Under the pieces are notes generated by a model. The model ran no database searches, was not told where the DNA came from, and saw nothing but the letters and a program-made list of their open reading frames with translations. This document shows, in pieces, positions 26,092 through 39,091 of a stretch of 64,000 bases of DNA. The stretch covers positions 145,752 through 209,751 of the forward strand of contig NW_019218103.1 in NCBI RefSeq assembly GCF_002571385.2, given 5' to 3'. The number at the start of each line of letters is the position of its first letter. Positions within the stretch are counted from its first letter, which is position 1. The position numbers and the translations under genes were made by a program. The DNA is from Stylophora pistillata (Eukaryota).

Positions 26092-26999
26092 TTAAACTTA
26101 AAGTGTCAACAAAGGTACCACCCAAGGAAGTGTCAGCGGGCCGCACTTGTTCAATGTCTTTCTCAGTGATTTAGAGATACACTTGGACAATAAGAGCGTG
26201 CTGGTAAAATATGCAGATGATACAACCATTATCTCGCCTGTGATAGGTGATAATGACAATTCTATCGCACTGATTAATCAGTTTTCCCAGTGGTCTAGAA
26301 GTAATGGTATGTGTAGCAATCCATCTAAGTGCAAGGAAATCATTTTCCGCAAGAAAGGTTGTACAATAGAGTTTCCGATGGTGTCTGGAATACCACAGAC
26401 AAAAGAGCTTACTATTTTAGGGGTAACATTTCAGGAAGACAGTAGGTTCATAACACATATTCGGGAAAAACTAATCAAAGCAAACAAGTGCCTGTTCATT
26501 TTAAGATCTTTAAGGAAAGAAGGGTACAATCAGGCCGAAATAGACCATCTGTTTCTAAATCTGGTTCTACCAAATATATTATACGGGCTGTCCGTATTTG
26601 GCGCTGTAAATTCCGAATTAACAACAATCCAATGTTTCTTAGATCGATGTTATAAGCGCAAGTATACATCCGACCACATTAATGTTTATGAATTGTTAGT
26701 TCAACAGGACACACGTATCTTCAAGAATGTTTTTAATAACACAATACACCCTTTAAGAGCTATAATGCCAAAAAAGAAATCAACCAAGTACAATCTGAGG
26801 AAAGAGACAAGTCACCATCCTAAAATAAACACTGATAGGTTCAAAAACACGTTTGTTAATCGCTTAATTTTTAAACATAATCTAGTCTTATAATTTTTAT
26901 CTTGATTTTCTCTGTAACTTATATATATACCTTCTTTTAATGTTGTAACATAGGATATGTGATTATTTATCTTATGACTTAATAAAGATTCAATTCAAT
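26092..26999 (+). mobile_element. 5'-truncated non-LTR retrotransposon (CR1-group RT C-half) with 9-bp TSD
   Basis: ORF 26147-26893 with KYADDTT and INTDRFKNTF. AATAAA plus (TTCAA)n tail. TCTTTAAAG at 26083-26091 and 27000-27008. Confidence 0.9.
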
Positions 27000-27232
27000 T
27001 CTTTAAAGATAAAAGTTTACCTTGGAAACTCACCAAAGCATTTCATTGTGCAAGCAGGGAAACTTATTGAAGCACCAAAAATGCTCCTTGAGATGGTATC
27101 TTTCAAAATTAATACTAAAGCATGTAGTAACAAATATTAACCCACCTAATTTTTAGCTAATTAATAATTTTTTCAACATCAAGCTTTGATATTTGGTTGA
27201 CAGAGATATATGTAAAGAAGGATATACAGTTT

Positions 27233-27651
27233 CAGGGGTGGATCCAGGTTTTGAAGTGAGTAGTTTCCACCCGGGGAGACACTCCCACTAGGGGGGTTCG
27301 GGGACATGCCCCCCCCCCCCCCGAGAAAATTTGAAATTTCAAGCTCTCTAAATGCCATTTCCTGCATTTTCAGATAATTTAATTGCACTATAGAGAGCAA
27401 ATTATAGCATGTACCAAAAAGGCAAAAAGACTTTTAAAGTACTACATGAAACACTCTGATCTACTAGCATCAGCTGCTATGCAAACCTGTGTCACTGATG
27501 TGTGTTCACTATGACAGTATAAAGTCCAGTTTTCAGGAAAGTCAAGTCATCTCCAGAAACGGATCAGTAGTTTCTAAAGGGAGATCAGAGTGTTTTTGAA
27601 AATTTTGAGTGAGTTCTGGAACTCACGTAAACTACCCTGGATCCAAACCTG
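27233..27651. mobile_element. hAT-like MITE
   Basis: Ends CAGGGGTGGATCCAGG...CCTGGATCCAAACCTG. The TSD is not preserved. Confidence 0.6.
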
Positions 27652-28106
27652 ACTGTCTTTATATCTGGATGAAGTTAAGACATAATGCAACATACCTGTT
27701 ATCGACAATACCAAATTATTTTTTTATTTGAAATTAGATGTGCTTTCTTCCTTTAGTTTATCTTTATTTGCTTGCCATGACTCCCGCTTCTCTTTCTAGC
27801 CTTCCTTGGACACAGTAGCCTGTCACTCGACTGCATGTAACTCTAAACCATGATCTAGAAATGTGGAAATGAGAAAATAAATATAATCACATCCCTCCTA
27901 AACATTTTCATGCCATATCTTTAGTAATGGGTTTGGTGTATTCCCTGCTAGAGCAATTTGAAATCTAGTAATCCCTTGCTGTTTTATATATCATAAAGGT
28001 GGATCTGTGATAGAGATTTCCCACTCATACTTCCCTGCATGAACCTTCAAATGACATCAGCTGACATTTTGGTGATATATTTGGGTTTAAACGAATGATA
28101 TAATAT

Positions 28107-28145
28107 CCCGACGTTTCGGCGACTTCATGACGCCATTATCAAGGG
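28107..28145 (-). ncRNA. Penelope-type minimal hammerhead ribozyme variant
   Basis: Minus strand: CCC-TTGATAA-T-GGCG(loop)CGCC-GAAAC-GTC-GGG. Confidence 0.55.
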
Positions 28146-31100
28146 TACAAATGAAAATAAAATTAAATGCGAGTTCAAGAGTTACAACTAATTTGCATAG
28201 GGGAGGTAGCTACACAAATACTTTAGCATGGATAGAAACCGTTTGCACTTTTGCAGCCTATAAGTAGTTTAATGTTACGACTGAAATGTGATTATTATTT
28301 ATATGTTTTCCCAGTAATACCTAGAATTATTCAGACCTTAACATTTCTTGACTTCCTGTAAGTTTGGCAGTCTTCTAAATTCTCTTTATAATGGTTCAGA
28401 TCAGCATTGATATTTAAACTTGGTGACAATACATGTGTATTAGGCCTTTATTTGGCAGACGACAACTCCTTTTCAGTTACTTGTTTGGTTTTGGTTAATT
28501 TATCGCAACACTGATATACATGAAAAATTACGCTCTTGATTGGCTGAAAACAGCAAGGTGTCCTTTTCATGTATCACTAGTGCAAAAGTAATTACTCAAG
28601 TACAAATGTAAACCACTGGTAGACTCAGCAACAATAGATCACACTAGAAACCAATCAGATTTACATAAAGTAGGTTGTGCTGATTGATATACATAGTAGC
28701 TGACCAAAATAAACAGAAGCTTCAATTGTTTTTAGGTACATTGACAGACACTGACAAAATTTCATTGCTGAGTAAGATTTCAGCTGAAGGACAAATTTTG
28801 ATAGCATGTCAAGTTGACCATTTACATGATGATGTCAAGTTCACCTTTTCATTTCATGTCTCCACATAGTTTGAATTTGGGAAACACACTGGCATGAAAT
28901 AACAATATCAATAATAAGAAAACTTGAACGATTCTGGTACTTTAAATCATATGATACCATCATGCACTTGCCTGTACATTGAACTCTGTTGTGTTTAAGT
29001 TATGTCTCTGATTACTTTCCTGAAATCTATAATGGTGACACTTAACTCTCTTACACTTTCTGTTAAATGAAACCTATAGGTCAAATTGTGAATCTTATTG
29101 GGTTAAAAATTATTAGCAGTTTTAATGTAATGTTACTTCAGAGTACTACCTAACATATGATTCATTAAAATATTGTTTGTGTTCTGATCTTCTTATGCAC
29201 CAATCTTTTTTCCATAGATTCTCCCATTTGTATCCCCATTTCCACCTACCTCAACTAAATTTTTCTGTGTTCTTTATTGAAAACACAGTCCCTCAAAACC
29301 CAACTACAATAATTAGAGTAAACATTTTGCTTTCAACAAATTGAAAATAGAACTTTGTGCCCTAATGAATAATAGAAACCTACACTCAGCATTGTGTAAC
29401 TTTACATGTATGTATTGTCCAAAATTAGTGGTACTTTCAAACCAAATCAAGTTCCCAATGGCTTCTAGTGTAGGTTTCATCATTTCCCGAATGTTTCGGC
29501 CCTTCTGGAAAGTTCTGTCCTCGTGTACTGGTACACAAAATGCCAAAAATATTCATATGAAATGCTTCCCTAGAGTTAATTTCACATCACTTGCCTTGGA
29601 AAACACCACCAAAAAATATCAGAACTCTATTCCACTTAGTTATGTAAACAAAATCATGACCAAATCTATTAGGCCACTATGGGAGATGATGCTGACGCTT
29701 TTTCTAGTTCCTACAATCCTCAAGTTACATGTGCAACCTTTGTTGTCAAAATGAGACCTCAATAACAAAGTTTGGCCTTTAACCCTCACCTTGAAAATGA
29801 ACATTTTGAGACTACTGTATGCCAGTTATCTTATTTTATCGATGAACACGAACAATATTGAAAACTGTTTAACCGTAATCAGATATTAGCTCTTCTAACA
29901 GAAACTCAATAAGACACCAGACACTAAAGAGCAGCTCAATTTCGTAAGCCTAACATGTACGCATTGCGGACCTATTTTTATCAGTAAGCTATACATTCTG
30001 TGCCCTCACACATAGCGTATATACCTGAATAAGCGAGGTTACAAACCTTATTTGGAAACAATATTGGTCGATTGGCGGGAGGATTTTGCAGAAGAAAACA
30101 TGTCGTTTTGCAGTCCCCTTGGACCTTATCTCCTGCATGGGAGAAAGCCGTGAAATACACTAAAACAAACTGCAACGACAGGAGAATGTTTTTCGTGGTT
30201 GGGGTACCACTATTCCTCATAAGACGCCTAACCTTACGACCTTTAATAGAGAATACCTCGGACAAATCTAAGACACTACAAGGAGTTGCACTAGAGCAGA
30301 ATAAACCGTATTTTATATGCACTTGGACCTGACAAGGAGGTCTCAATGATTTATATATTGATCTTTTGGAATTTGTCGGGTGTGCTGAAAGATAAATGAG
30401 AGGCCGGGAAAACCTGTGCCTTTTAAATACAAGAAACCGCCGCCGCTGGCGTCATTTTATAGTTATGATTTGGGTATCAACAGGCGGACTCGTGAAGAAT
30501 CCGGGTACAAACAGGAAAATGTTGAAAAATGCCTGCTGTGCAGTTTGTTACATCCAATTACCACGAGCTTGTGCTAACTAATGTCATCTATCATATAAAA
30601 TCAGCAAATGAACAAGGAGTCATCTCTTTTATCAACCTTTCTTTTCTCTTCCTTTGAATAAATCAACCATACTTTGGCGTAGTTGTAATAATAGGAACAC
30701 AAAAATTTGGGAATCAAGACCCGTACTGCCGGAATAATCTAGGTACATTCAATAAAATGTTGAGAAATTCTTGTTCTGGAGCTCGTTACATCCAATTACT
30801 ACGAGCTTTTATTAAGAGTTTAATTAAGAGTTTTTTGAGAAAGGTAAAAAAGATATCTTGCAATACAAACTAGAATAAAACTGTAGGTTGCTGGGCCACT
30901 TATTTACATTTTTATGAAACACCACTGTCTGTTGTGCCATTCCTCGTTCTCAAAGATTGCAGATAGGGTGGACCTCGACGGCCCTTCAGTTTCCAATCTG
31001 TAGTTCATCGAAGAATGTTATGTCGAGAAACCATAGTTCTGCACCTCGCAACAATCAATTTCCATAAGCTATTATTAAGAGTTCTAACAAATAGCAAAGA

Positions 31101-33889
31101 ATAATCAGAAACAAAGGTAAAAAAGTTGTTTTGTAGTGTAAACTAGAACAAAACTATAGAATGCAGGGCCACTTATTCAGTTACATCCAAGTAAATCACA
31201 CACTGTCTCTTGTGTCATTCCTTGTTTTCAGAAACCGGTGGCCCTATATCTAATCTGTTGTTGCTCTGAGATTTTCATGTACTTATAACTAGTTCAAGCT
31301 GAATCACACTTTAATACTGAAATGTAAGGACTATAGATCTTGATTACAACGAAACAGAACCGATAAACCGCCGCCATAATTTACCTTCTTGTGAATAACA
31401 GAGCCCCCCTTTTTCGGGAGAAGTATGATATGGCGAGGGAACTCAAAATCATCTAATTGCTACGAATCGGCTTAAAAATCACGCGTGAAACAAAGAAACG
31501 CATAAATGAATGTAGCGAGGTCAAATGTGAGAAAAAGACTCACTGCACTTTTGCAGCGAAGAGGAAGCCTGTAGTATAATGAACCATGCATGATATTTAC
31601 TTCTCACAGTAACTACTTTCTCTATCTCTAACCATGCGTGAAGACGAGATCTTAATCTTCCATTAGAGACTAATTTCTCAAGCAGCCATTTTATTAAACG
31701 TAAATAAACCCTCGCTGGAAGCAAGCTCATTGAAGAAGCTCAGGAGCCATCGCGTCACAACAATGTCTCTTGGATAATTCTCCGTCCGCAAAGACTGCAA
31801 ATAAAGTTGACTTGGGAGGCCATTTATTTCTAGTTGCTTCAAGATCTCCATGCACATATAACTAATTAAAGCTGAGTCACACACTGATACTGCATTTTCA
31901 GTGCTATTTATCTTGACCACAGCGAAACAGCGGTGAACAAACGATATCATTATTTACCTTGTTGTAATTTACGAGAGCCCCTTTTTCGGGAAAAAAAGTA
32001 CATTCAGAAAGACGAAGGGCCTAAAAACCAACTAAATCTGAATGAATCGATTTCAAAACCGCACCGGAGACAAAGAAACGAAAGACTGAAGTGAGATTAG
32101 ATTAGAGAATGAGTATAATATCTAAATACTTCTTGTCAGGATGCTTTCTCTAACTCTACCCATGCACAAGGTTGAAAGCTTAGGTTGCTCTTGCACGTTG
32201 AAACTATTTCTTTCATTTGGTTTCCGTATATCAGTCTCTCAGTGATTTCCAAATGTAATCCTTTTATACCGATCCTTAACGTCTGCTGTTTTGTAACAAC
32301 GGTCAAAAACGTTCAAATGGAATTGCACTACAATTGTACGGGTAAAGTCAACTGGGGTAGGTTCAAATCAGTATAACTTCTCTGTTGTTTGTGCGATGAC
32401 TGCTAAATAGCTACTAGGTTGTATTATTTCAACGCCATGAATCTGTGCTCGTTGTGTGCGGCATGTACTGCATATATGCACAGGCTGATTAAAAGCAGAG
32501 TTTTAAATAGAAAAATCTCTATACTTAGGCGGTAAAGTATAAGCAAGTAGTGGATTCATAAAAGAAAATACCTCTCATGATCTTTTTTTCCTCTCCCAGC
32601 CGGCTTGAGTTATTTGTTATATGCCTGAAAAAAGACAAGAAAAAAAAAGCATATCATTAACGCTGCATCTGATGTAAGCTTACGTATCCTGAATTACGCT
32701 TTGTCTTGCCAAAAACGTTGAAACATCTCCTAAGCTGATTTGCCCTTAAGATACCGGTGCATGCACATTCATTGTCTGGGATTTGATTTCTCTGAAATTT
32801 CCTTTTACCTCTAGCATAAAGCCAGGCCGCTTATGAGTAATTGAAAGTACCGTTCCACTCACAGGAAAAAATTTAAGATTCCAAGTTGGAATGACATTGG
32901 TAAATATGTGGGATGATAATCCAACGTTGGCATATTATTGGTTATTTTTAAGGTTACCAATATTATACCAATGATATACCAAAAAATGTAAATTTATGTC
33001 AGTACTGACAAGTGAATATCCACCGAATCAAGCAGATCTACAGCAGTCTGCACAATAACTAATAAGCCTGTCGTGATTTCCGTCAAGACCACGTTTGGGT
33101 GATGCGAGCGAAAGTTTTGAGCAGACCCCGAACAAATTGCCAGTACTACAATTTTAAATTAGTCTAGATATCATATCCTGGCATTCGTCTCGATATTTTT
33201 TCACCCAAGCTTTGGCATTACAACTGCATTACGATTAATCAAGATTAAGTCCCAAACAGAAGCGAAAAACACTGTTTCACAAACCACAGGTTGAGGATGT
33301 GTATAGATTTTTCCATCACCGGACAGAGGCCTTTCATATTATGCTCTGCAACTTCTGGCAATTGGAGCAACTTTTTGCAGTTTTGGCAACCTCGAACAAT
33401 CTCTGCCTTTTTGAGCGAAAAAGAAAAATAAAGCTTTTAGTTAACGTTTATATGAAAATATCAAGAAACTTAGACTGCAAATTTTTGGATTTTTGGTGGT
33501 GGCTTATTTTGCAAGAGGTCTTTTTTCTATCCGCAAAAGTTTCATGCTACACGGTATGAGAACCTCAAAAAATAATCGAAGGTTGTAGAAGATGCACCAA
33601 TTTCTCGGAAGTTTTTAAACACTGACTCAGCTCATTCTGGTGGAGATATTTTTGGTCATTTTTGTCTTCTGTCAAAAAGATAAAAGGATCACTGTTGAAA
33701 AAAAAAATGATCGAGCAGGTAGATGTGTGAAATATCTATACCGGCCGACATTACATAGATTTTGCAAATTGATTGTCAGCCTTACCGGTGATTTGTGGTC
33801 TCTCAAAACCAACGCTAACCTTACAATTACCGAACAAGTGACATTTCTAGTAACTTGGCTACTGGAATATCAATACGCAGCCAAAAGTG

Positions 33890-36221
33890 GCCGCAAGATG
33901 CACAATAGAGACATATTAAAAATCAAACCTAGCAAGACAAATGATCCTAACGATTCGGCATTATTTAAAAAACAAAGAAATATAGTCAATAAGCAAATAC
34001 GCTCAGCTAAGCAAGTTTATTACCAAAATAGTTTTAATAAGCACACCAGCGACTCCCGAAAGACCTGGCAGACTATAAACGAGCTAACTTCTCGAAAATC
34101 TGGGAAAACGCCAGTGGCGTCACTAATAGTAAACGGATTGACGATAACAAATCCGTTGGAGCTATCAAACGAATTCAATAACTACTTTTCTAACGTTGGT
34201 CCAAAACTTACCAGTGAGATAAGTTGTGATAGTGGTAGCTATCAAAGATATCTTACCGCTACAGATAAACGGTTTAAGCTCCAACCCAAGAGCACGATAT
34301 TCTATGTCAAAATCAATCAGGATTTCGTGCTAATCATTCAACTTTAACAGCTTTGTTGGAAGCGACAGATTCTTGGGCATATAATATTGATAAAGGAAAA
34401 ATCAATGGAGTCATATTTCTAGATTTGTAAAAAGCTTTTGACACTGTTGATCATCAGATCCTTCTATCGAAAGTAAACTTCTACGGTTTCACTCATATTT
34501 GGAAAACCGCATACAGAAATGCTCTGTGAACGGGTCGCTATCCAATAGCTACTAAGGACCTTAAGCAAACCACGACGGCGACGGCAACGGTAACGAGGAC
34601 GTGGAAAAACAAAAGATCTAATCGACAGAACAATAGCTCAGCACGTGCGTTTTAAAACTTATCGTACATTTCTTAGCCGTCCATTGCAAGACAACGACGT
34701 GCAATCATCAAAATTCGCGTCGTCTGCGAACCGAAACCGCGACGGCAAATTATTTAATTTCCATTTCGAACTGAACGCTACTTTTAGGGACCTTAAGCAG
34801 TCAGGACGGCGACGCCAAGGAAGACGTTGATTAAAAAATGAATTTCTAATTTTAATTAGAATTTCGAAAATGGCTGCATGTGTTTACCGTTTCATAAGGC
34901 GCCGCACCTAAACCTCAACATAACGGATAAAAGTAGCGTTCAGTTCGAAATAGAAATTAAATAATTTGCCGTCGCGGTTTCGGTTCGCAGGCGACGCGAA
35001 TTTTGGTGATTGCCCGTCGTTGTCTTGCAATGGACGGCTAAGAAATGTACTAAGTTTTGAAACGCACGTGCTGATCTATTGTTCTGTCTATTAGATCTTT
35101 TGTTTTTCCACGTCCTCGTTGCCGTCGCTGTCGTGGTTTGCTTAAGGTCCCTACTAATTGACATGCGGCGTCCCTCAAGGAACCATCCTCGGCCCATTAT
35201 TGTTCTTATTATACATCAACGATCTTCCAAATTGCTTATTAAATTGTAAACCGAGAATGTACGCTGACGACACACACCTCACATATGCGGGAAGTAATCT
35301 TAAGAATGTTCAGTTTAGTCTGAATGAAGATCTAGCAAACGTTTTCAACTGGCTACAAGCGAACAAACTCACATTGAACATGACCAAAACCAAATTCATG
35401 CTAATAGGGTCGAGGCATAAGTTGAATATTCTCACAGCTTTACCAACAATTGGAATGAACAGTACTCAAGTGAGCCAGGTTACAGCTACAAAATCGCTTG
35501 GTGTAATAATAGACGATAAACTCGATTGACATATTCACATCGAAAAATTAACGAAAAAGATCGCCTCTGGTATCGGAGCCCTAAAGCGAATTAGGCACCT
35601 GATCTCAGCATTAACCTTACATCTCATTTACCAAGCTTTAGTGAAACCTCACTTTGATTACTGTGACATTGTTTGGGGTAGCTGTGGGAAAACGCTACGA
35701 GTCAAACTGCAGAAATTGCAGAATAGAGCAGCCCGTGTGTTGACATTCTCTAACTATGATGCTGATACAACTGCACTACTCGAGTTTTTAGGGTGGAAAA
35801 ATGTTGCACGCCAGCAGGAAATTCATAAAGCCACCATGACGTTTAGATGTCTGCACGGGCTAGCTCCAGAGTATCTGTGTTCAAAGTTTACGTGGCGTAA
35901 CTCTACTTATGACTTCAGGGACTCTGAAAATAAGTTTAATGTTTAATTACCGCGCACTAATTATTACCGAAAAAGTTTTAGCTACAATGGTACCACATTA
36001 TGGAATAGTCTACCATGCGATATAAGGAACACAGAGTCTCTGAGGGTATCTAAACGTTGTATCAATGACATTCTTAAGTCTAACGCACGGCATTCACGGA
36101 AAACAGCTTTTAGTGTCGTAGTATGTTGTTTGAATTTTAAATATCTTAGCTTATGTGATATGCATTTTTAAGGACTGATGAATTGAGCGTATTTAAATAC
36201 AGATTACTACTACTACTACTA
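33890..36221 (+). mobile_element. Degenerate CR1/L2-group LINE, split by a MITE
   Basis: KKQRNIVN..KTWQTINEL, FLDL*KAFDTVDH, CGVPQGTILGPLLF, MYADDT, KLQKLQNRAAR, (TAC)n tail at ~36205-36221. Confidence 0.9.
34553..35153. mobile_element. Composite MITE: partial inverted copy (34553-34784) fused to a full copy (34785-35153)
   Basis: 34553-34784 is the reverse complement of ~34930-35153. TAGGGACCTTAAGCA..TGCTTAAGGTCCCTA termini. Confidence 0.8.
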
Positions 36222-36368
36222 CAAGCAAAAGCAATAGGCAATCACAGCCTAAATAAAAAAGTGTCATAAACGCCTTTAGCACAGATTGTTGGTTGGAAGC
36301 GTGATCCACCTTGTTCTAGGCCCTTAACATTGATCATGCCGCTTAAACCATCAGTGCATAGTTATTTC

Positions 36369-36402
36369 GCTTTGACAAGGGGCTAACGCTCGAAACGTCA
36401 GC
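36369..36402 (+). ncRNA. Degenerate Penelope-type hammerhead motif
   Basis: GCT-TTGACAA-GGGGC-TAAC-GCTC-GAAAC-GTC-AGC; same family as 47205 and 59462. Confidence 0.5.
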
Positions 36403-37291
36403 TATAAAACCCTTTCCGATGGCCAATTTACACAGTTGATAAAACCATGATTACGCACTTACGAAAAGGCATGCTAGATTTAAAGGTAAGATCGCTTCAG
36501 GAAACGTCGAACTTCTAAACAACAGGGTTCACATTCTCCCACATACTGGATAGGATTTGTGCAAAGTAAAAACACATCATCTTTTAAGTGACTCAGCACA
36601 CTGAAGACCTTAGTAGCTGCTACGATTCCGGTTACGATTACGTTAATATCGTCATCAAGGCTACGTACAAGAGTGCGTTAGCGTTTGTAAGACTGAGGAA
36701 AAAAGTAACGACAGAGTAAAAGACATACCAAAAGATTCAAGACATCAGCGATACCTGAAAGAATATTTCGAGAAGTAAACAGATAAATTACTTTCCGCCT
36801 TGTTTCCATGCACTGAAAACTCGTTGGTGTAGTTTGTACAGATCGAAAACCGGTCTCAACAAATTTTACATACTTTTAGGTTACATGTCTTTTATATCAG
36901 TATGGGCTCTCTAAAAATCACGTTGTGACCTGTGCTCACCCGCGCCATGCCCGCACGTGGCTTAACCAAGTGACCGAGAACGTGCGTCGATATTCTCAGT
37001 CGAATTTGGTGATTGCAAAGTAACCATTAAACTAACCGGCATTGATTTTCTCTCAAAAAATCTAGCCAGAAGCTGTGCTGATAAACAGCCCAGCGATGTG
37101 TAATGCAAACTGGACGCAAATCTTGAACGTGTTTTACTCCAAGCTGGATGCAAACCTTCCACGTGAGGTTTACTCCAAACTGATGTGAACCTTCCACGTG
37201 AGTTAAACTGCGCATAAGCCGACGTAGAGGACTTCTACAAACACATGTGTGACTAACTAGCCACGTGAATGACTAGCCCCGCGTTCACGTT

Positions 37292-37572
37292 GATTCCCCA
37301 ATGGGGACTCAGGTTCTGTTTTCTTATCCCACGCTCATGACTCTAGACCAAATAATAATTTGTTTATTTGTTTATCGAACCCAAGTTAAACCATCTTTAT
37401 TGCACACACATGTCACACTTAAAGCGAGTAACGGCTTTGCTCACCGAAGAGTCTCCGGCTGTGGCTCGGTGGTAGAGCATTGGAGCATGGAATCCCAAGG
37501 TCTGAGGTTTGATTGTTCAGAACTTTTTACTTGATCGCACGTCCGTGACAGGAATAAAGTATCCTTTTTCTT
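37292..37572 (+). mobile_element. Diverged copy of the second tRNA-derived repeat family (as 53805-55442)
   Basis: gattccccaatggggactcag...TGGCTCGGTGGTAGAGCA...tctgaggtttgat; terminally redundant layout. Confidence 0.65.
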
Positions 37573-38650
37573 CTAACGCTGGGGTACACGTCCACATGAC
37601 CTAATGTCACGTCTTTTCTGTTCGCACACCCTATCACTGCAGCTGCTTAAGAGGTTCGTGGCGGGAGTTTTATCTTCTTACTCTACTCAAGGGTGTAGGA
37701 TGTAGAACTTCCGCGATTCTGTGCACGAGTGCATTTTTAAAGAAAGTGAGGGGAGCATCGTTGATACATGTCATAATGACAAAATTTTGCAGACTACAAT
37801 TATAATTTCACAATTTTTCGTCTAAAGATTAAAGCTGATTAATTAAGTCTGCCCCAGGGCAGTGTGACGATTCGGTTAATAAGTCATGGGTTGTCAATGT
37901 TCGTTCGACAAAAGGATCGAACCTTTATCATGCGCGAAGCCGATCTAAAATGACAGAGACAAGGTTCAATATGATTATATGTTGGCCTGGAGTGTCACGG
38001 CTTCCCTTCTCAGTCTTTCCCTTCTCGCTCGTTTACGCAAGGCTAGAAAGTTAAGAAAGCTCAGTGCAATGAATAAACTTATACATTTAATAAATTTGTG
38101 CCGGTAATGATGGCCTAGACGAGTGATTTCCACTGGTCATTTCCAATCATATCTCAGACGGAAGTGATTCGGTCATGGTTATAGGCCAAGCATTCCGCTT
38201 CCCAAAATGATTAGTCCTTTGTAGCTTAACCTCTAATCCTTAAAATCACGCAAGTTTTAAATAGCTCGGTCGAGTGTACACACGTACATTTCAAATTGAA
38301 GGGAGCACTGGGTATGATTTCGTGAATGATCTACCCAAAGACTAGGTTTTTTTAATCGTCTTATTATTATTTGCGAATCTTAAGCGGGACAATTGTTGTT
38401 TCGATCCAGTAGCACTCTATACAATTCAAAGCTATAAAAACGCGACTGAAATCAGCTTTGATAAAAAAAAGTCACGAATTGCACCGGCAACGTGAATTCG
38501 CAAAACGTGTCGTTGAACTACATTTTCAACGTCATCCTAACAAAGTGCATTGTGCTCGAAAACGTGAGAAATAGTGTGAGCACTTATCATGTTGAATCAG
38601 GCAGTGTGGCTTGCTGTTGAATTGTTTTGCTTGACAATGGACGATTTAAT

Positions 38651-38794
38651 TAGGCCATTTCCGAGTTTTAAGAATGCTTACTTTCAAAATGAGCTTAGGT
38701 GCCAAACTTTCTTTCTCAAAATGAATTTTATGTGCATGAGAATAAGCGCCCAGCCTCCTTTTAAACAGAAGTTTCTGGCATCCCAGAACGGCCT
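38651..38794. mobile_element. Small MITE-like element (duplicate at 42769-42912)
   Basis: taggccatttccgag...cagaacggcct imperfect TIRs. Confidence 0.4.
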
Positions 38795-39091
38795 TTTGAA
38801 ACATAAATTTGAAAGAGGGACCCCCCTCATTATTTTCCAAGTAATCGTTGCCCAGCCTTAGTAATGCATACAGAGAAAGTCCAATGGTACAATTACTTGA
38901 AACCTAGCTAGTGTTAATTACGATGAAGTCAACTTCTGATCAACTTCTGAGTTGGAAATTGCAGCTGAGACTGGATGGAAATTATTTCATTTTTAAGACA
39001 AACCAAATAATGTACTCGGTTAGAAAGTATTTAATTTACAGTGAATTAAGTAAAGTTTCTTTTTCTATTATTATTATTTTCCTGCTTTCAG

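Larger units (their letters stand above)
16420..32770. repeat. Old diverged tandem array (~1 kb blocks, 119-bp sub-repeat, ~3 kb higher-order block), interrupted by TEs
   Basis: Recurring motifs: aatggcgcattgcaacgatgcatc (~16600, 17743, 18700, 20670, 21838, 23326, 25735); catccctcgttctcaaagattgcaga (~16932, 17051, 18147, 18990, 21063, 21182, 21301, 22237, 30940); aaaaccactccgaaaacaaagaaacgc (~17480, 18437, 21590, 24004, 32058). Confidence 0.85.

Noticed and set aside
16420-32770. Repeat-protein (e.g. LRR) gene or CRISPR-like locus in the large array
   Set aside because: The conserved motifs I translated by eye contain stops and show no recurring protein motif, and there is no repeat-spacer organisation.
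36500-36720. C-type lectin exon remnant (TYWIGFVQSKNTSSFK*L..QECVSV)
   Set aside because: Only a short WIG-like motif, with a stop and frameshifts and no clear splice sites; too weak to call.
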